A stretch of 64,000 bases of DNA from an uncultured Enterobacteriaceae bacterium. GTDB lineage: Bacteria > Myxococcota_A > UBA796 > SXON01. The stretch covers positions 169,460 to 233,459 of the forward strand of contig CAYWGD010000002.1 in NCBI GenBank assembly GCA_964457335.1. The letters run 5' to 3'. A program made the position numbers and the translations under genes. Shown here in pieces: positions 1-9,032 of the stretch (positions are counted from its first letter, which is position 1; each line of letters opens with the position of its first letter). The notes beneath the pieces were generated by a model. That model had not been told where the DNA came from. It was given only the letters and a program-made list of their open reading frames with translations, and did no database searches.

Positions 1-210
1 ACCGTCGAGGAGGCCCTCGCCGGGATCACGGTGAACGCGGCGCGCGCGCTGGGGCGGCCCGATCGGGGCTGGCTCGGGCCGGGCGCCCTCGGCGACCTGG
101 CGATCTTCGACCCGCCGCCGGGCGAGCCGCCCGAGCTTCGCGTGCTCGTGCAGTACCTCGGCGGGCACCGGGCGAAGGCGGTGTTCAAGGGCGGCCGCCG
201 GGTCGTCTGA
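1..210 (+). CDS. C-terminal fragment of an amidohydrolase-superfamily enzyme (imidazolonepropionase/HutI-like); 5' end lies outside the window
   Basis: Frame +1 is open from base 1 to TGA at 208-210. It is not in the ORF track because it has no start in the window. Translation TVEEALAGITVNAARALGRPDRGWLGPGALGDLAIFDPPP...KAVFKGGRRVV resembles the conserved C-terminus of metal-dependent amidohydrolases. Confidence 0.55.
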   Translation, partial: TVEEALAGITVNAARALGRPDRGWLGPGALGDLAIFDPPPGEPPELRVLVQYLGGHRAKAVFKGGRRVV

Positions 211-216
211 GGCGCC

Positions 217-663
217 TCAGACGGCGATGTCCTCGTTCCACACGGCCGGGTGCCGCGCGATGAAGTCGCGCATGAGCTCCACGGCCTCGGGGAGGTCGAG
301 GTTCACGACCTCGACGCCGCGGGAGCGCAGGAGCCCCTCGGCGCCCTGGAAGGTGCGGTTCTCCGCGAGCACCACGCGCGGGATCTTGAAGAGGAGCGCC
401 GCCCCCGTGCACATGTCGCAGGGCGAGAGCGTCGTGTAGAGCGTGGCCCGGGCGTACGCGGACGCGGGGAGCCGCCCGGCGTCCTGGAGCGCGTCCATCT
501 CGCCGTGGAGGATGGGGTTGCCCTGCTGGACGCGGCGGTTGTGGCCACGACCGACGACCTGCCCGTCGATCACCAGCACCGAGCCGATCGGGACTCCGCC
601 CTCGGCGAGCCCGGCTCGGGCCTCCGCCAGCGCCGCCGCCATGAATTCGAGATCGTCACGCAT
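217..663 (-). CDS. Cytosine deaminase, yeast Fcy1-type (CMP/dCMP zinc deaminase fold)
   Basis: 148 aa. Zinc motifs LHGE and [15 protein letters not shown]. The C-terminal ...RGVEVVNLD...[17 protein letters not shown] is near-collinear with the Fcy1 family as I recall it. Confidence 0.88.
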   Translation of the reverse strand: MRDDLEFMAAALAEARAGLAEGGVPIGSVLVIDGQVVGRGHNRRVQQGNPILHGEMDALQDAGRLPASAYARATLYTTLSPCDMCTGAALLFKIPRVVLAENRTFQGAEGLLRSRGVEVVNLDLPEAVELMRDFIARHPAVWNEDIAV

Positions 664-786
664 GCGGTCCAGGTAACGGTTTGTCGAGACCTCGGCCCGG
701 GGCGCGCGGACCGGCGCGGCCGTTCCCGGCGGGATATGCCGCCGCGTCCCGCGGAGGGTCGGATGCTCGGTTTCGGAATGCCCGGC

Positions 787-1047
787 ATGACAGAGTGGAT
801 CGTCATCCTGGTCATCGTCTTGATCTTCTTCGGCGCGGGCAAGCTCCCCCAGGTCTTCGCCCAGGCGGGCAAGGGCATCAAGGCGTTCAAGGACGCCTCC
901 GAGGGCAAGGACACCTCCGACCTCGAGGCCGAGGAGCCCGCCCCCCGGAACCGCAAGCAGATCGCCCGCGACCCGGACGACCTCGACGACGAGCCGGAAG
1001 GCGGCACCGCGAAGCGCGTCGAGCGCAAGCGGCAGGACCCGGCGTAG
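787..1047 (+). CDS. tatA: Twin-arginine translocase subunit TatA/E
   Basis: This is the real part of track ORF 250..1047. It reads [37 protein letters not shown] followed by an acidic tail, the classic TatA TM segment plus amphipathic helix. ATG at 787; alternative ATGs lie 9-24 nt upstream. Confidence 0.85.
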   Translation: MTEWIVILVIVLIFFGAGKLPQVFAQAGKGIKAFKDASEGKDTSDLEAEEPAPRNRKQIARDPDDLDDEPEGGTAKRVERKRQDPA

Positions 1048-1051
1048 TAGC

Positions 1052-1831
1052 TCACTCCCGGGCCAGCAAGGCCCGGACCTCCGCGCGGAGCTCCTCGGAG
1101 AGCACCTGGGACGCGGCGAGCTCGGCCAGGTGCTGGCGGAGCAGGGTGGGGAGGAGCGGGCGCGCGAGCGCCAGGGGGCTCGCGGGGTTGAAGGCGAGCG
1201 CCTTCCGGACGCGGTAGCGCTGCCCCCAGCGGGTGTGCTGCGCGATCATGCCGAGGATCGTCGCGGACGTGGGCCGCATGGCGGCGATCCGCACCACGTC
1301 GCGCTCCGTGACGCGTGGGTTGTCCAGCAGCGCGGCGATCACGCGCGGGTCGCGGTCGTGGAGGAGGCGGTCGAGAACGAGGCGATCGCGCCCGCGCGCG
1401 GCCGCAGTGCGCTCGCCGGCCGAGAGCTCGAGGTGGGGGTTGCGGGGCTCGACGGCGCCGTCGTCGGCGCGGCGGCCGAGGAAGCGCGCGGCGAGCCGCG
1501 GCAGCTCGGCGGCGCGGGCGGCGGCGTAGAGGTCGACCGTGCGCTCGTAGGGCAGCTCCTGCAGGACCGACGGCGTCAGGGCGAGCTCGGCCGCGAGGGT
1601 CCGGCAGGCGGCGTCGCCCGCCGCCGCGCGCGCGTCGACGCGCAGGAGGAGGCCGAGCAGCGTGCCGTCGTCGGCCTCCGCGAGGAGCTCGGTCAGCACG
1701 GTGCGACGGAGCGCTCGGTCCGCGACGGCCCCGAAGCGGCGCAGCCACGTGACGAGGTGGAGGTCCGCCTCGGCCGGGTTGTCGAGGAGGTGGCGCAGGC
1801 GGGCCACGACCGCGGGGTGCACGGAGTGCAT
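1052..1831 (-). CDS. Hypothetical helical-repeat protein (leucine-rich-variant/HEAT-like)
   Basis: 259-aa ORF with high GC3. It has repeated DPRV...LL..NPRVTERDVVRIA type helical repeats. No catalytic motif was recognised. Confidence 0.6.
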   Translation of the reverse strand: MHSVHPAVVARLRHLLDNPAEADLHLVTWLRRFGAVADRALRRTVLTELLAEADDGTLLGLLLRVDARAAAGDAACRTLAAELALTPSVLQELPYERTVDLYAAARAAELPRLAARFLGRRADDGAVEPRNPHLELSAGERTAAARGRDRLVLDRLLHDRDPRVIAALLDNPRVTERDVVRIAAMRPTSATILGMIAQHTRWGQRYRVRKALAFNPASPLALARPLLPTLLRQHLAELAASQVLSEELRAEVRALLARE

Positions 1832-1884
1832 GTGCCCTTGCTATCGCGTGGGATGCGTGGGCTCGCGTGCGTTAGGTGGCGACG

Positions 1885-2478
1885 ATGCGGTACGCGCTGT
1901 CCTTCCTGCCTCTCCTGGCCGCGTGCTCCGGCGCCGCCCCCCGGTCCGCGGAGGACTGCGCCGACCTCCGGTCGGAGAAGGACCGCGACGAGTGCTACCT
2001 CGCCGTGCTCACCGACGTGTTCAAGCAGGACGCGGTCGCGGGCGTCGAGATGGTCGAGACGAAGATCTCCGACCCCGTGAACCGCGACTTCGCCTGGTAC
2101 CAGGTGACGAAGACGGTCGACCCGCACACGAACAAGTACTGCGACCGCATCAAGGACGCGACGCTCGCCGCGCGCTGCCGCACCGTGGTGAGCCGGCCGC
2201 ACCTTCACCGCGAGCTCATGGGCGGGGCGCCCGGCGGGAGTGGGGCGCCCGGCCCCGGCGGTGGCCCCGGCGGCGGTGGTGGGCCCGGTCCGGGTCCCGG
2301 TGGTGGGCCCGGCCCGGGTCCCGGTGGTGGGCCCGGTCCCGGTCCTGGTGGCGCCCCCGGTGGAGCGGCGCCTGGTGGGCCCGGTCCCGGCGGCGGGCCT
2401 CCCGGTGGGCCGGCCGAGCAGCTTCCTCCGCCATCCGGCGGGGTGCCTCAGCAAGGCGCGGGCACGCCGACGCCGTAG
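1885..2478 (+). CDS. Lipoprotein with Gly/Pro-rich C-terminal tail
   Basis: MRYALSFLPLLAAC has a lipobox (LLAAC). AGGTGG lies 5 nt upstream of ATG 1885; the track ORF starts at GTG 1876. The tail contains (GPGPGGGP)n. Confidence 0.7.
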   Translation: MRYALSFLPLLAACSGAAPRSAEDCADLRSEKDRDECYLAVLTDVFKQDAVAGVEMVETKISDPVNRDFAWYQVTKTVDPHTNKYCDRIKDATLAARCRTVVSRPHLHRELMGGAPGGSGAPGPGGGPGGGGGPGPGPGGGPGPGPGGGPGPGPGGAPGGAAPGGPGPGGGPPGGPAEQLPPPSGGVPQQGAGTPTP

Positions 2479-2532
2479 AGGCGGGCCCTCGTGGTTGCCC
2501 GTCGTGAGCACGGGGCCGGAGTCGGGCCACGG

Positions 2533-2601
2533 ACGCGCGCGTGAGCGCGGTAAAGGCCTCCGCGCATGAGCGCGGCAAGGCCTCCGCGCGTGAGCGCGGT
2601 G
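2533..2601. repeat. Three tandem ~24-bp units, each a short GC hairpin (CCGCGC-NTGA-GCGCGG)
   Basis: Sequence reads acgcgcgcgtgagcgcggtaa / aggcctccgcgcatgagcgcggca / aggcctccgcgcgtgagcgcggtg. It lies in the convergent intergenic region between the lipoprotein gene and the response regulator gene. Confidence 0.6.
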
Positions 2602-2752
2602 GGGCGTCGCGGTGCTGGTGGAAGAAGAGTCCCCCCCGCCATTCCCTCACCGCAAGAGATGGAGGAGACGCTTGACGTTGCCGGGTGGAAGTCTGCCGGG
2701 GGGGACTGAAACTCTTCCGAGCCGCGAGGCTTCTTCCGCATTGTAGGTCGGA

Positions 2753-2781
2753 CGCCGCCGTGCGGCAAGGCGATTTTTATT
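2753..2781 (+). terminator. Candidate intrinsic terminator (GC hairpin followed by ATTTTTATT)
   Basis: cgccgccgtgcggcaaggcg can pair (CGCC/GGCG outer stem, GCC/GGC inner stem) and is followed by atttttatt. This is one of the very few A/T runs in the window. It lies about 270 nt downstream of the nearest + strand stop. Confidence 0.4.
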
Positions 2782-2824
2782 CACGTGGGTCGGAATTCGC
2801 GTAAGCCCGCGGAGTCACACGAGA

Positions 2825-3229
2825 TCACCGGTCGTTCCGGGCCTTCTCGAGCAGCATCGCCACCCGCGTCGACAGGGTCCGCATCGTGAAGGGCTTGCGG
2901 ACGATGCTCCCGCCGACGACCCCCGCGTAGGCCTCGTTCACCACCTCGGCGCCGTGCCCCGTGGTCACGATGATGCAGCAATCCGGCTGACGCTCGCGCA
3001 CCGCCTGGATGACCTCCTTGCCGCCGATGTCCGGGAGCGTCCAGTCGACGACCGCCACGTCGAAGCGCGTCGTCGTGCGCAGGCGCTCCAACGCCTCGTG
3101 TCCCGACGCGGCGGGCACCACCCGGTAGCCCAGGGTGGTGAGGTACTCGGTGAGCACGCCGAGGACATCTTCCTCGTCGTCCACGATCAGGAGGGTTCCC
3201 GCCATCGCTCCGGATCCTACCTTGCTCAT
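2825..3229 (-). CDS. Stand-alone response regulator receiver (CheY-like)
   Basis: This is the C-terminal 134 codons of track ORF 2825..4411. It reads LLIVDDEEDV...DVAVVDWTLPDIGG...IIVTTGHG...KPF, which carries the receiver Asp pocket, phospho-Asp and conserved Lys. Start ATG 3229 (alternative 3205). Confidence 0.85.
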   Translation of the reverse strand: MSKVGSGAMAGTLLIVDDEEDVLGVLTEYLTTLGYRVVPAASGHEALERLRTTTRFDVAVVDWTLPDIGGKEVIQAVRERQPDCCIIVTTGHGAEVVNEAYAGVVGGSIVRKPFTMRTLSTRVAMLLEKARNDR

Positions 3230-3237
3230 GCGTGGAT

Positions 3238-4488
3238 TCACCAGTCTCCGGACGAGCGTCGGTCCGCCAGCTCGGTCACGGCGGCGGCGAACAGGCGGGC
3301 CGGCGGCGTCTCCGCGGCCTCGGGGAGCAAGGTGCCGCGCGGATCCGTGAGGCTGAGCGGGAGGTTCGGCGCGTTGTCCACGATGTTCGTCGGAAGCCAT
3401 TCGCTGCCGGGGTTGAGCCGGGTCCACGCGGCGCCCGCCGCCTGGAGCGCCTCGCCGAGCCCGTACACGTGGGGGTGATCGACCAGGGACTGGACGTGGT
3501 CCTGCTCGCTCGCGAGCAGGAGCACCGGGATGTCCGGACGCCGCTCCACGAGCGCCGCCGCGAGCCGTCCGGCGTCCCGCTCGGCCCACCAGTCGCGCGC
3601 GGTCTCCGCGTCGGCGAACCCGCCGGGGAGGACGCCACGCGCCTCGGCCGCGGCGGCCAGGGTCGGGGAGACGAGCACCTGCCCGGTCTGGAGGTCGCGC
3701 ACCCCGCGGACGAGCACGTCCGCCTCGTCGCAGGCGCCGCCGCCGTCCTCGTCGAAGCAGAGCACCTCCTCGCCGCCGACCGTCCCCGCGTGCAGCCGCT
3801 CGTCCGGGATGGCGCAGGTCACGCCGGTGTCCGGCGCGAACGCGCAGGTGCCCGCGGCGTACACGGTCGGCTCCACCCCCAGCTCGACGTTCGTGAACTG
3901 CGGGCCGGCGGGCGTCTCCCAGGCGACGAGCCCGGCCACGTCCGGCGTGCTCAGCGCGGGGTCGGCGAGCGTGGCGACCGCGAGGTTCCCGCCGTTGGAG
4001 GTCCCGACCAGGTAGATGGCGTCGGGATCCGCGGCGGGGACGCGGTCGGGCAGCGTGCAGCCGCCGAGGTCGGCGGTCTCGCCGGCGGCCCAGCGCAGCA
4101 CGGCGGCGAGCGCGGCGCGCGACCCGGCCCCGCGGCGGTCGTTGACGCCGTCGGTGCGCCCGTTCCCGGGGAAGTCGAGGTGCACGCTCACGAGGCCCGC
4201 GGTCACGTCCGGGCGCAGGCTCGCGTCGTCCAGCGGGGTCCCGAGCGGGTCCCAGGCGCCGTGCACGAGGACGGCGACGGGCCAGGGCCCCTCGGCCTCC
4301 GCGTCGGGCCAACGCGCCTGGACGTGGACCTCGCCCTCGTCGCCGGGCAGCTGCGCGCCGATGGTCCACACGCCCTCGTCCACCGTGTCCGGGAGCCGCT
4401 CGGCGGCGCACACGTCGTCGGCCTCTCCGGTCGCGGCCGCGCAGCCGGCGAGAGCCGCACCCAGGAGCGCGCTCGAAGCCCGCGTCAC
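3238..4488 (-). CDS. Secreted lipoprotein, alpha/beta-hydrolase-like
   Basis: GTG start at 4488 gives VTRASSALLGAALAGC (lipobox). GTSNG nucleophile-elbow-like motif within AIYLVGTSNGGNLA. The GTGA start/stop overlap with the upstream RluA gene suggests coupling. Confidence 0.7.
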   Translation of the reverse strand: MTRASSALLGAALAGCAAATGEADDVCAAERLPDTVDEGVWTIGAQLPGDEGEVHVQARWPDAEAEGPWPVAVLVHGAWDPLGTPLDDASLRPDVTAGLVSVHLDFPGNGRTDGVNDRRGAGSRAALAAVLRWAAGETADLGGCTLPDRVPAADPDAIYLVGTSNGGNLAVATLADPALSTPDVAGLVAWETPAGPQFTNVELGVEPTVYAAGTCAFAPDTGVTCAIPDERLHAGTVGGEEVLCFDEDGGGACDEADVLVRGVRDLQTGQVLVSPTLAAAAEARGVLPGGFADAETARDWWAERDAGRLAAALVERRPDIPVLLLASEQDHVQSLVDHPHVYGLGEALQAAGAAWTRLNPGSEWLPTNIVDNAPNLPLSLTDPRGTLLPEAAETPPARLFAAAVTELADRRSSGDW

Positions 4489-5068
4489 GGATCGAAGCCG
4501 GGCGGCGGCGGGGCCTCCGCCCACAACTCGTCGTTCGGCCCCGGCCAGGGCAGGCGGATCCGCCAGGCGTGCAGGTACAGGCGGTCGGCCTCGGGCCCCC
4601 CGTACGTGGGGTCCCCCACGATGGGCGCGCCCAGGCTGGCGAGGTGCGCGCGGATCTGGTGGGTGCGCCCCGTGAGCGGGATCGCGAGCACCCCCGTGCG
4701 GCCGCCGGCCCGCCAGCGCACCCGGAACCGCGTCCGCGCCGGGCGCCCCTCGCCGATCTTGACCCGCCCCCGCTTCCACTCGCCGATCGGCAGGTCGACC
4801 TCCCCTTCGTCGGGGAGGTCTCCCGCCACGACCGCCAGGTACTCCTTGTGGACCCGGCCCGTCGCGAAGGCCTCGCTGATCATCCGTTGTCCCGCGAGCG
4901 AGCGCGCCATCACGAGGCATCCGCTCGTCTCCCTGTCCAGGCGATGGCAGACCCGAAGCCCGGTCTCCGTGGCCACCGACGATCCCCCGTCGCGCGCAGG
5001 CACGACGGGGATCCCGACGGGCTTGTCGAGGATCTGGATATGACGGTCGCGATGAAGCGTGACGAACA
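4485..5068 (-). CDS. RluA-family pseudouridine synthase
   Basis: This is the last ~194 codons of track ORF 4485..7316. It reads ILDKPVGIPV...HRLDRETSGCLVMA...PLTGRTHQIRAHLA...GDPTYG. Start is tentative (TTG 5068); the remainder of the 943-aa ORF is an antisense shadow of the Lon-like gene. Confidence 0.8.
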
Positions 5069-5096
5069 AGGTGGCGCGCCGGTGGATCCCGGCACG

Positions 5097-7481
5097 ATGC
5101 CTATCCCCCCGCTCCGCGCCGAGCAGCTGAGATGGGAGGTGCCCGAGGGCACCCTCCTGTTCCGGACCACGGCGGAGCTCACCCCGGTCGAGGCGATCCT
5201 CGGCCAGCCGAACGCCTGCGCGGCGCTCCGGCGCGGCGTGCTCCTCGAGGGGCCCGGGTTCAACGTGTTCGTGGTGGGGCTGCTCTCCACGGGCCGCCTC
5301 GGCACGGTGAAGCGCATGCTGGACGAGCTGCGGCCGCGCCGTCGCGTGACCCGCGATCTCGTCTACGTCGCGAACTTCAAGGAGCCCGGCCGGCCGCGGC
5401 TCCTGGAGTTCCCGCCGGGGCGGGGCGTGGCGTTCCGCAAGGAGCTCCTCCGCGTGGCCGCCGCGCTCGTGGAGGAGGTTCCGCGGCTGTTGCGCTCCGA
5501 CGAGGTGCGCACTCAGCGCGAGCGCCGGACGCAGGACGCCGAGGTGGCCCACCACGGGGCGCTCCAGCGGCTCGAGGCGCACGCGCGCGAGCTCGGCTTC
5601 GTGATCGGGGACCTCGGCGAGCAGGGCGAGCCCAACCCGGTCGTCCTCTGGATGGAGCCGGGCGAGGACGACGAGGACGTGGAGGTCGAGGACGCGCCCG
5701 TCCACACGCGCGCCGAGCTCCAGGTGCTCGCCGACTCCGGCGGCATCGAGCTCCCCATCCCGGCGGAGGAGATCTTCCGGCGCTTCGACGTGCTCGAGCG
5801 GGAGCTCGCGGCCGCGTTGAACCTCTCGCGCGAGGCGGTGATGGACACCGTCCGGAAGGTCGCCGAGACCGAGCGGGCCGCCATCGGCGCGGCCACGCGC
5901 AAGGTGCTCGCGGACCTGGGCCGGCGCTGGCCCTCCGCGCGCCCCTGGCTCCACGAGCTGCACGAAGAGCTGGTCGAGTCGCCCGAGTGGTTCGAGGAGG
6001 AGGGCGACCAGGAGGCGCTCTTCGCCGCGTTCTCGGCGAACGTGGTGCACCGCGGCTCGCGGAGCCCGCACGCGCCGGTGGTCGTGGTCCCGAACCCCAC
6101 CTGGGCGCACGTCTTCGGCGGCCTCGAGGGCGAGGCCGGGGTCGACCACCGCCACATCCGCGGCGGTTCGCTGCAGGACGCCGACGGCGGCTTCCTGGTG
6201 CTCAACGCGGCCGACCTGCTCCAGGATCCCGGCGCGTGGCGGCTCCTGAAGCGGATGCTGATGTTCGGGCAGATCGACATCCAGAACCCCGAGAGTCCGC
6301 TCTCCGCGGGGGTGGCCGTGCTCCGGCCCGACCCCATGCGCCTCGACGTGAAGGTCGTCCTGCTCGGCGACGCCGAGACCTACGCGGCGCTGTTCTACGG
6401 CGACACCGACTTCGCCAGCATCTTCAAGATCAAGGCGGAGTTCGAGGAGGACGCCGCCATCACCCAGGAGCTCCTGCGCGACTACGCGGGCTTCGTGGCC
6501 CGCATGGTCCGGCGCGAGAAGCTCCCCGCGTTCACGCAGGAGGCCGTGGCGGCCATCCTGGAGTGGGCGGTGCGGGCGTCCGGGCGCGGGGGGCGCATCA
6601 CCACGCGCTTCGGCGGGGTCGCGGACCTGCTGCGGGAGGCCGCGTTCGAATCGGGCGGGGCCACGGTCGACCGCGTCCACATCGAGGCCGCGCAGCGCGC
6701 CCGGCGGGATCGGGACGACCTCGCCGAGCGGCGTGTGCTCGAGATGCTCGAGAGCGGCGTGCTCCGCGTGGACCTCGACGGTCGGCGCGTCGGGCAGGTC
6801 AACGCGCTCGTCGTCTACCACGTGGGCGGCCACGACTTCGGGCGGCCCATGCGCATCACGGCCACGGTCGGCGCGGGGCGCGGCGGCATCGTCTCGATCG
6901 AGCGCGAGGCCCGGCTCTCCGGGCGCATGCACCAGAAGGGCGTGCAGATCCTCCGGGGGCTCCTGCTCGAGCGCTTCGGGCGGCGCCGGCCGCTCTCGTT
7001 CACCGCGTCGCTCTGCTTCGAGCAGTCCTACGCGCGCGTCGACGGCGACAGCGCGAGCATGGCCGAGGTCGTCGGCCTGATCTCCGCGCTCGCGTCGGTG
7101 CCGGTGCGCCAGGACATCGCGGTCACCGGCTCGGTGAACCAGTTCGGCGAGGTGCAGGGCGTCGGCGGGGTCAACGAGAAGATCGAGGGCTTCTTCACCT
7201 CGTGCAAGCTGCGGGGCCTCACCGGCACGCAGGGGGTCGTGATCCCGATCCACAACGTGCCGGACCTCTGCCTCTCGGACGAGGTGCGCGACGCCTGCGC
7301 GGCGGGGCGCTTCCACGTCTGGGCGATCGAGCGCATCGAGCAGGGGATCGAGCTCATGACCGGGGTGACGGCGGGGGAGCGGGACGAGGTCGGGACCTAC
7401 CCGGCCGGCTCGGTGATGGCGCGCGTGGACGCGGCGCTCGACACCTTCGCCCTCGCATCGCGGCCGCGGCGGCCCGTGTAG
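5097..7481 (+). CDS. Lon-like serine protease with atypical AAA-like N-domain (LonC-like)
   Basis: Lon proteolytic domain with DGDSASMAE (Ser) and GGVNEKIEGF (Lys). The N-terminal P-loop position reads GLLSTGRL instead of GxxxxGK[ST]. ATG 5097 was chosen; in-frame ATGs at 5040 and 5052 are also possible. Confidence 0.85.
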   Translation: MPIPPLRAEQLRWEVPEGTLLFRTTAELTPVEAILGQPNACAALRRGVLLEGPGFNVFVVGLLSTGRLGTVKRMLDELRPRRRVTRDLVYVANFKEPGRPRLLEFPPGRGVAFRKELLRVAAALVEEVPRLLRSDEVRTQRERRTQDAEVAHHGALQRLEAHARELGFVIGDLGEQGEPNPVVLWMEPGEDDEDVEVEDAPVHTRAELQVLADSGGIELPIPAEEIFRRFDVLERELAAALNLSREAVMDTVRKVAETERAAIGAATRKVLADLGRRWPSARPWLHELHEELVESPEWFEEEGDQEALFAAFSANVVHRGSRSPHAPVVVVPNPTWAHVFGGLEGEAGVDHRHIRGGSLQDADGGFLVLNAADLLQDPGAWRLLKRMLMFGQIDIQNPESPLSAGVAVLRPDPMRLDVKVVLLGDAETYAALFYGDTDFASIFKIKAEFEEDAAITQELLRDYAGFVARMVRREKLPAFTQEAVAAILEWAVRASGRGGRITTRFGGVADLLREAAFESGGATVDRVHIEAAQRARRDRDDLAERRVLEMLESGVLRVDLDGRRVGQVNALVVYHVGGHDFGRPMRITATVGAGRGGIVSIEREARLSGRMHQKGVQILRGLLLERFGRRRPLSFTASLCFEQSYARVDGDSASMAEVVGLISALASVPVRQDIAVTGSVNQFGEVQGVGGVNEKIEGFFTSCKLRGLTGTQGVVIPIHNVPDLCLSDEVRDACAAGRFHVWAIERIEQGIELMTGVTAGERDEVGTYPAGSVMARVDAALDTFALASRPRRPV

Positions 7482-8990
7482 TCACTCGCAGGCGACGGCG
7501 GACACGTACTCGATCGAGATCTCGGCGCCGAGCGCGGGGACGGTGTCCCCATCGAAGCGGACGGCGTTCTCGGCGGCGTCCCAGCTCCAGTCCGTGAAGC
7601 GCACGCCCTCCGCGAGCACCTCGATGGAGCTCGGGACGGGGGCCTCCGCGAGCACGTAGCGGACGGCCCCGCGGCCGGCGGGGAGGTCCGCGAGGGCGTC
7701 GAACGCGGGCTCCCAGTCCATGGCGCAGAGATCCTGGAGCGTTCCGCCGTAGGCCTCCACGACCTCGGCGTAGTCTTCGGCCTCGTCGCCGCAGCTGTCG
7801 TCCCCGGGCAAGAGCGCGGAGACATGCAGCGCGGCCGGCGAGGTGACGCGGTCCGCGAGCTGCTCGGCCGCCTCCATCGCGTCGGCGGCGGAGGGGCCGT
7901 CCGCGACGATGATGACGTGCAGATCGGCCTCCTCGCGCCGGAAGTCGACGAGGCACTCCTCGGACGCCGCGCGCGCCAGCGCCTCTACGGCGAGCCCGAG
8001 GAGGTCGCCGTCCCAGGCGCCGGAGTCCCCGTCGAACCCACGCTCGAGCACGACCTCGGTCTGGAGCGAGGTGTCGGAGCGGTCGGCCCAGCCGGGCGTG
8101 GAGCTCGGGCACGGGCCGGCCCCGGAGAGGGCGGTGAGGTGGTAGTCGATGTTCGTGTCGCGCAGGGTGTCGACGAAGCGCGGGATCACGTCGGCCGCCT
8201 TGTCGAGCTGCGCGGTCATCCCGCCATCGGTCGCGACGACGAAGAGCAGGTCGGTGGGGTTCGAGGGCGTGTAGCGGAACGTCTCGGTGACGACCTCGCC
8301 CCCGTACACGTGCGTCGAGACCCACACGCCGAGGGCGGGGCGGTAGGGGTCGTTCGAGGTCACGCGCAGGGTGGCGCCGCGGTCGTCGCCGCCCGCGGGC
8401 GTGACGAGCAGCTCGACGGCCTCGGTGTCGCCGGGGGCGATCGTCGTCGGGGCCGAGACGATCGTGTACTCGGCGCCGTCCAGCGTCACGTCGGTGAGCA
8501 CGAGGTCCTCGGTGCCCTCGTTGGTGATCGCGACGTAGCCCGTACCCGAGCAGCCGAGCACCACGTCCTCGAACGGGGGCGCATCCGCGGCGATCACGGG
8601 CGCGGCCCCGACCCCGAGGAGCCGCACCGTCTCGTCGCTCGGCTCGATCAGCAGCTCGGCGGAGTCGGTCTGCTCGGTGAGCGGGAGGTAGCGGACCTCG
8701 AGGGTGAGCTCGTCCCCCGGGTCGAGCGTGATCAGCGGCGGGCCGTCGACGACGAAGAAGTCGCTGCCGATCGGCTCGTCGTGGCCGCTCACGGTCTCGG
8801 GCGTGTCGCCCGCGTTGTAGAGCGTGAGCTCGCCGACCGCGTAGCCGTCCTCGTTGACGGACACCGTGCCGAAGTCGATGCGCGCCGGGCTCGCGACGAT
8901 GCGGGGGCCGTCCAGCGCGGTGTCGCCATCGCCCGCGTCGGCCCAGGGGCCGATCGGGTTGCAGCCGAGGAGCGGGAGGAGGGCGAGCAC
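7482..8990 (-). CDS. Large secreted lipoprotein (Ig-like beta-sandwich repeats plus vWA-like C-terminal half)
   Basis: MLALLPLLGC lipobox. Repeated modules of the type ...IDFGTV...GELTLYNAGD... / ...GYVAITNEGTEDLVL.... The C-terminal half reads LLFVVATDGG...HVIIVADG. Function unknown. Confidence 0.72.
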   Translation of the reverse strand: MLALLPLLGCNPIGPWADAGDGDTALDGPRIVASPARIDFGTVSVNEDGYAVGELTLYNAGDTPETVSGHDEPIGSDFFVVDGPPLITLDPGDELTLEVRYLPLTEQTDSAELLIEPSDETVRLLGVGAAPVIAADAPPFEDVVLGCSGTGYVAITNEGTEDLVLTDVTLDGAEYTIVSAPTTIAPGDTEAVELLVTPAGGDDRGATLRVTSNDPYRPALGVWVSTHVYGGEVVTETFRYTPSNPTDLLFVVATDGGMTAQLDKAADVIPRFVDTLRDTNIDYHLTALSGAGPCPSSTPGWADRSDTSLQTEVVLERGFDGDSGAWDGDLLGLAVEALARAASEECLVDFRREEADLHVIIVADGPSAADAMEAAEQLADRVTSPAALHVSALLPGDDSCGDEAEDYAEVVEAYGGTLQDLCAMDWEPAFDALADLPAGRGAVRYVLAEAPVPSSIEVLAEGVRFTDWSWDAAENAVRFDGDTVPALGAEISIEYVSAVACE

Positions 8991-9032
8991 GGCGGTGATT
9001 GTAGCTTCGGCTCGTGCCCGTCAGGGGCCGAA

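Noticed and set aside
570-1748. 392-aa Arg/Pro/Ala-rich ORF on the minus strand (and the similar 1130..2080 +, 1315..1752 +)
   Set aside because: Its composition is typical of out-of-frame or antisense translation of GC-rich coding DNA. It overlaps the well-supported tatA and the 1052..1831 gene. No motifs were found.
3230-4411. N-terminal ~390 codons of track ORF 2825..4411 (would make a 528-aa response regulator)
   Set aside because: The region is an Arg/Gly/Pro shadow of the alpha/beta-hydrolase lipoprotein gene, which lies in another frame. The receiver domain starts cleanly at ATG 3229.
5069-7316. Upstream 750 codons of track ORF 4485..7316 (-)
   Set aside because: It is an antisense shadow of the Lon-like gene. 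Only the last ~194 codons carry RluA motifs.
7479-7484. Zero-bp gap between convergent stops (TAG of the Lon-like gene at 7479-7481, TGA of the lipoprotein gene at 7482-7484)
   Set aside because: It is real in the sequence, but probably just tight packing. No hairpin or terminator is discernible, so it is not reported as a feature.
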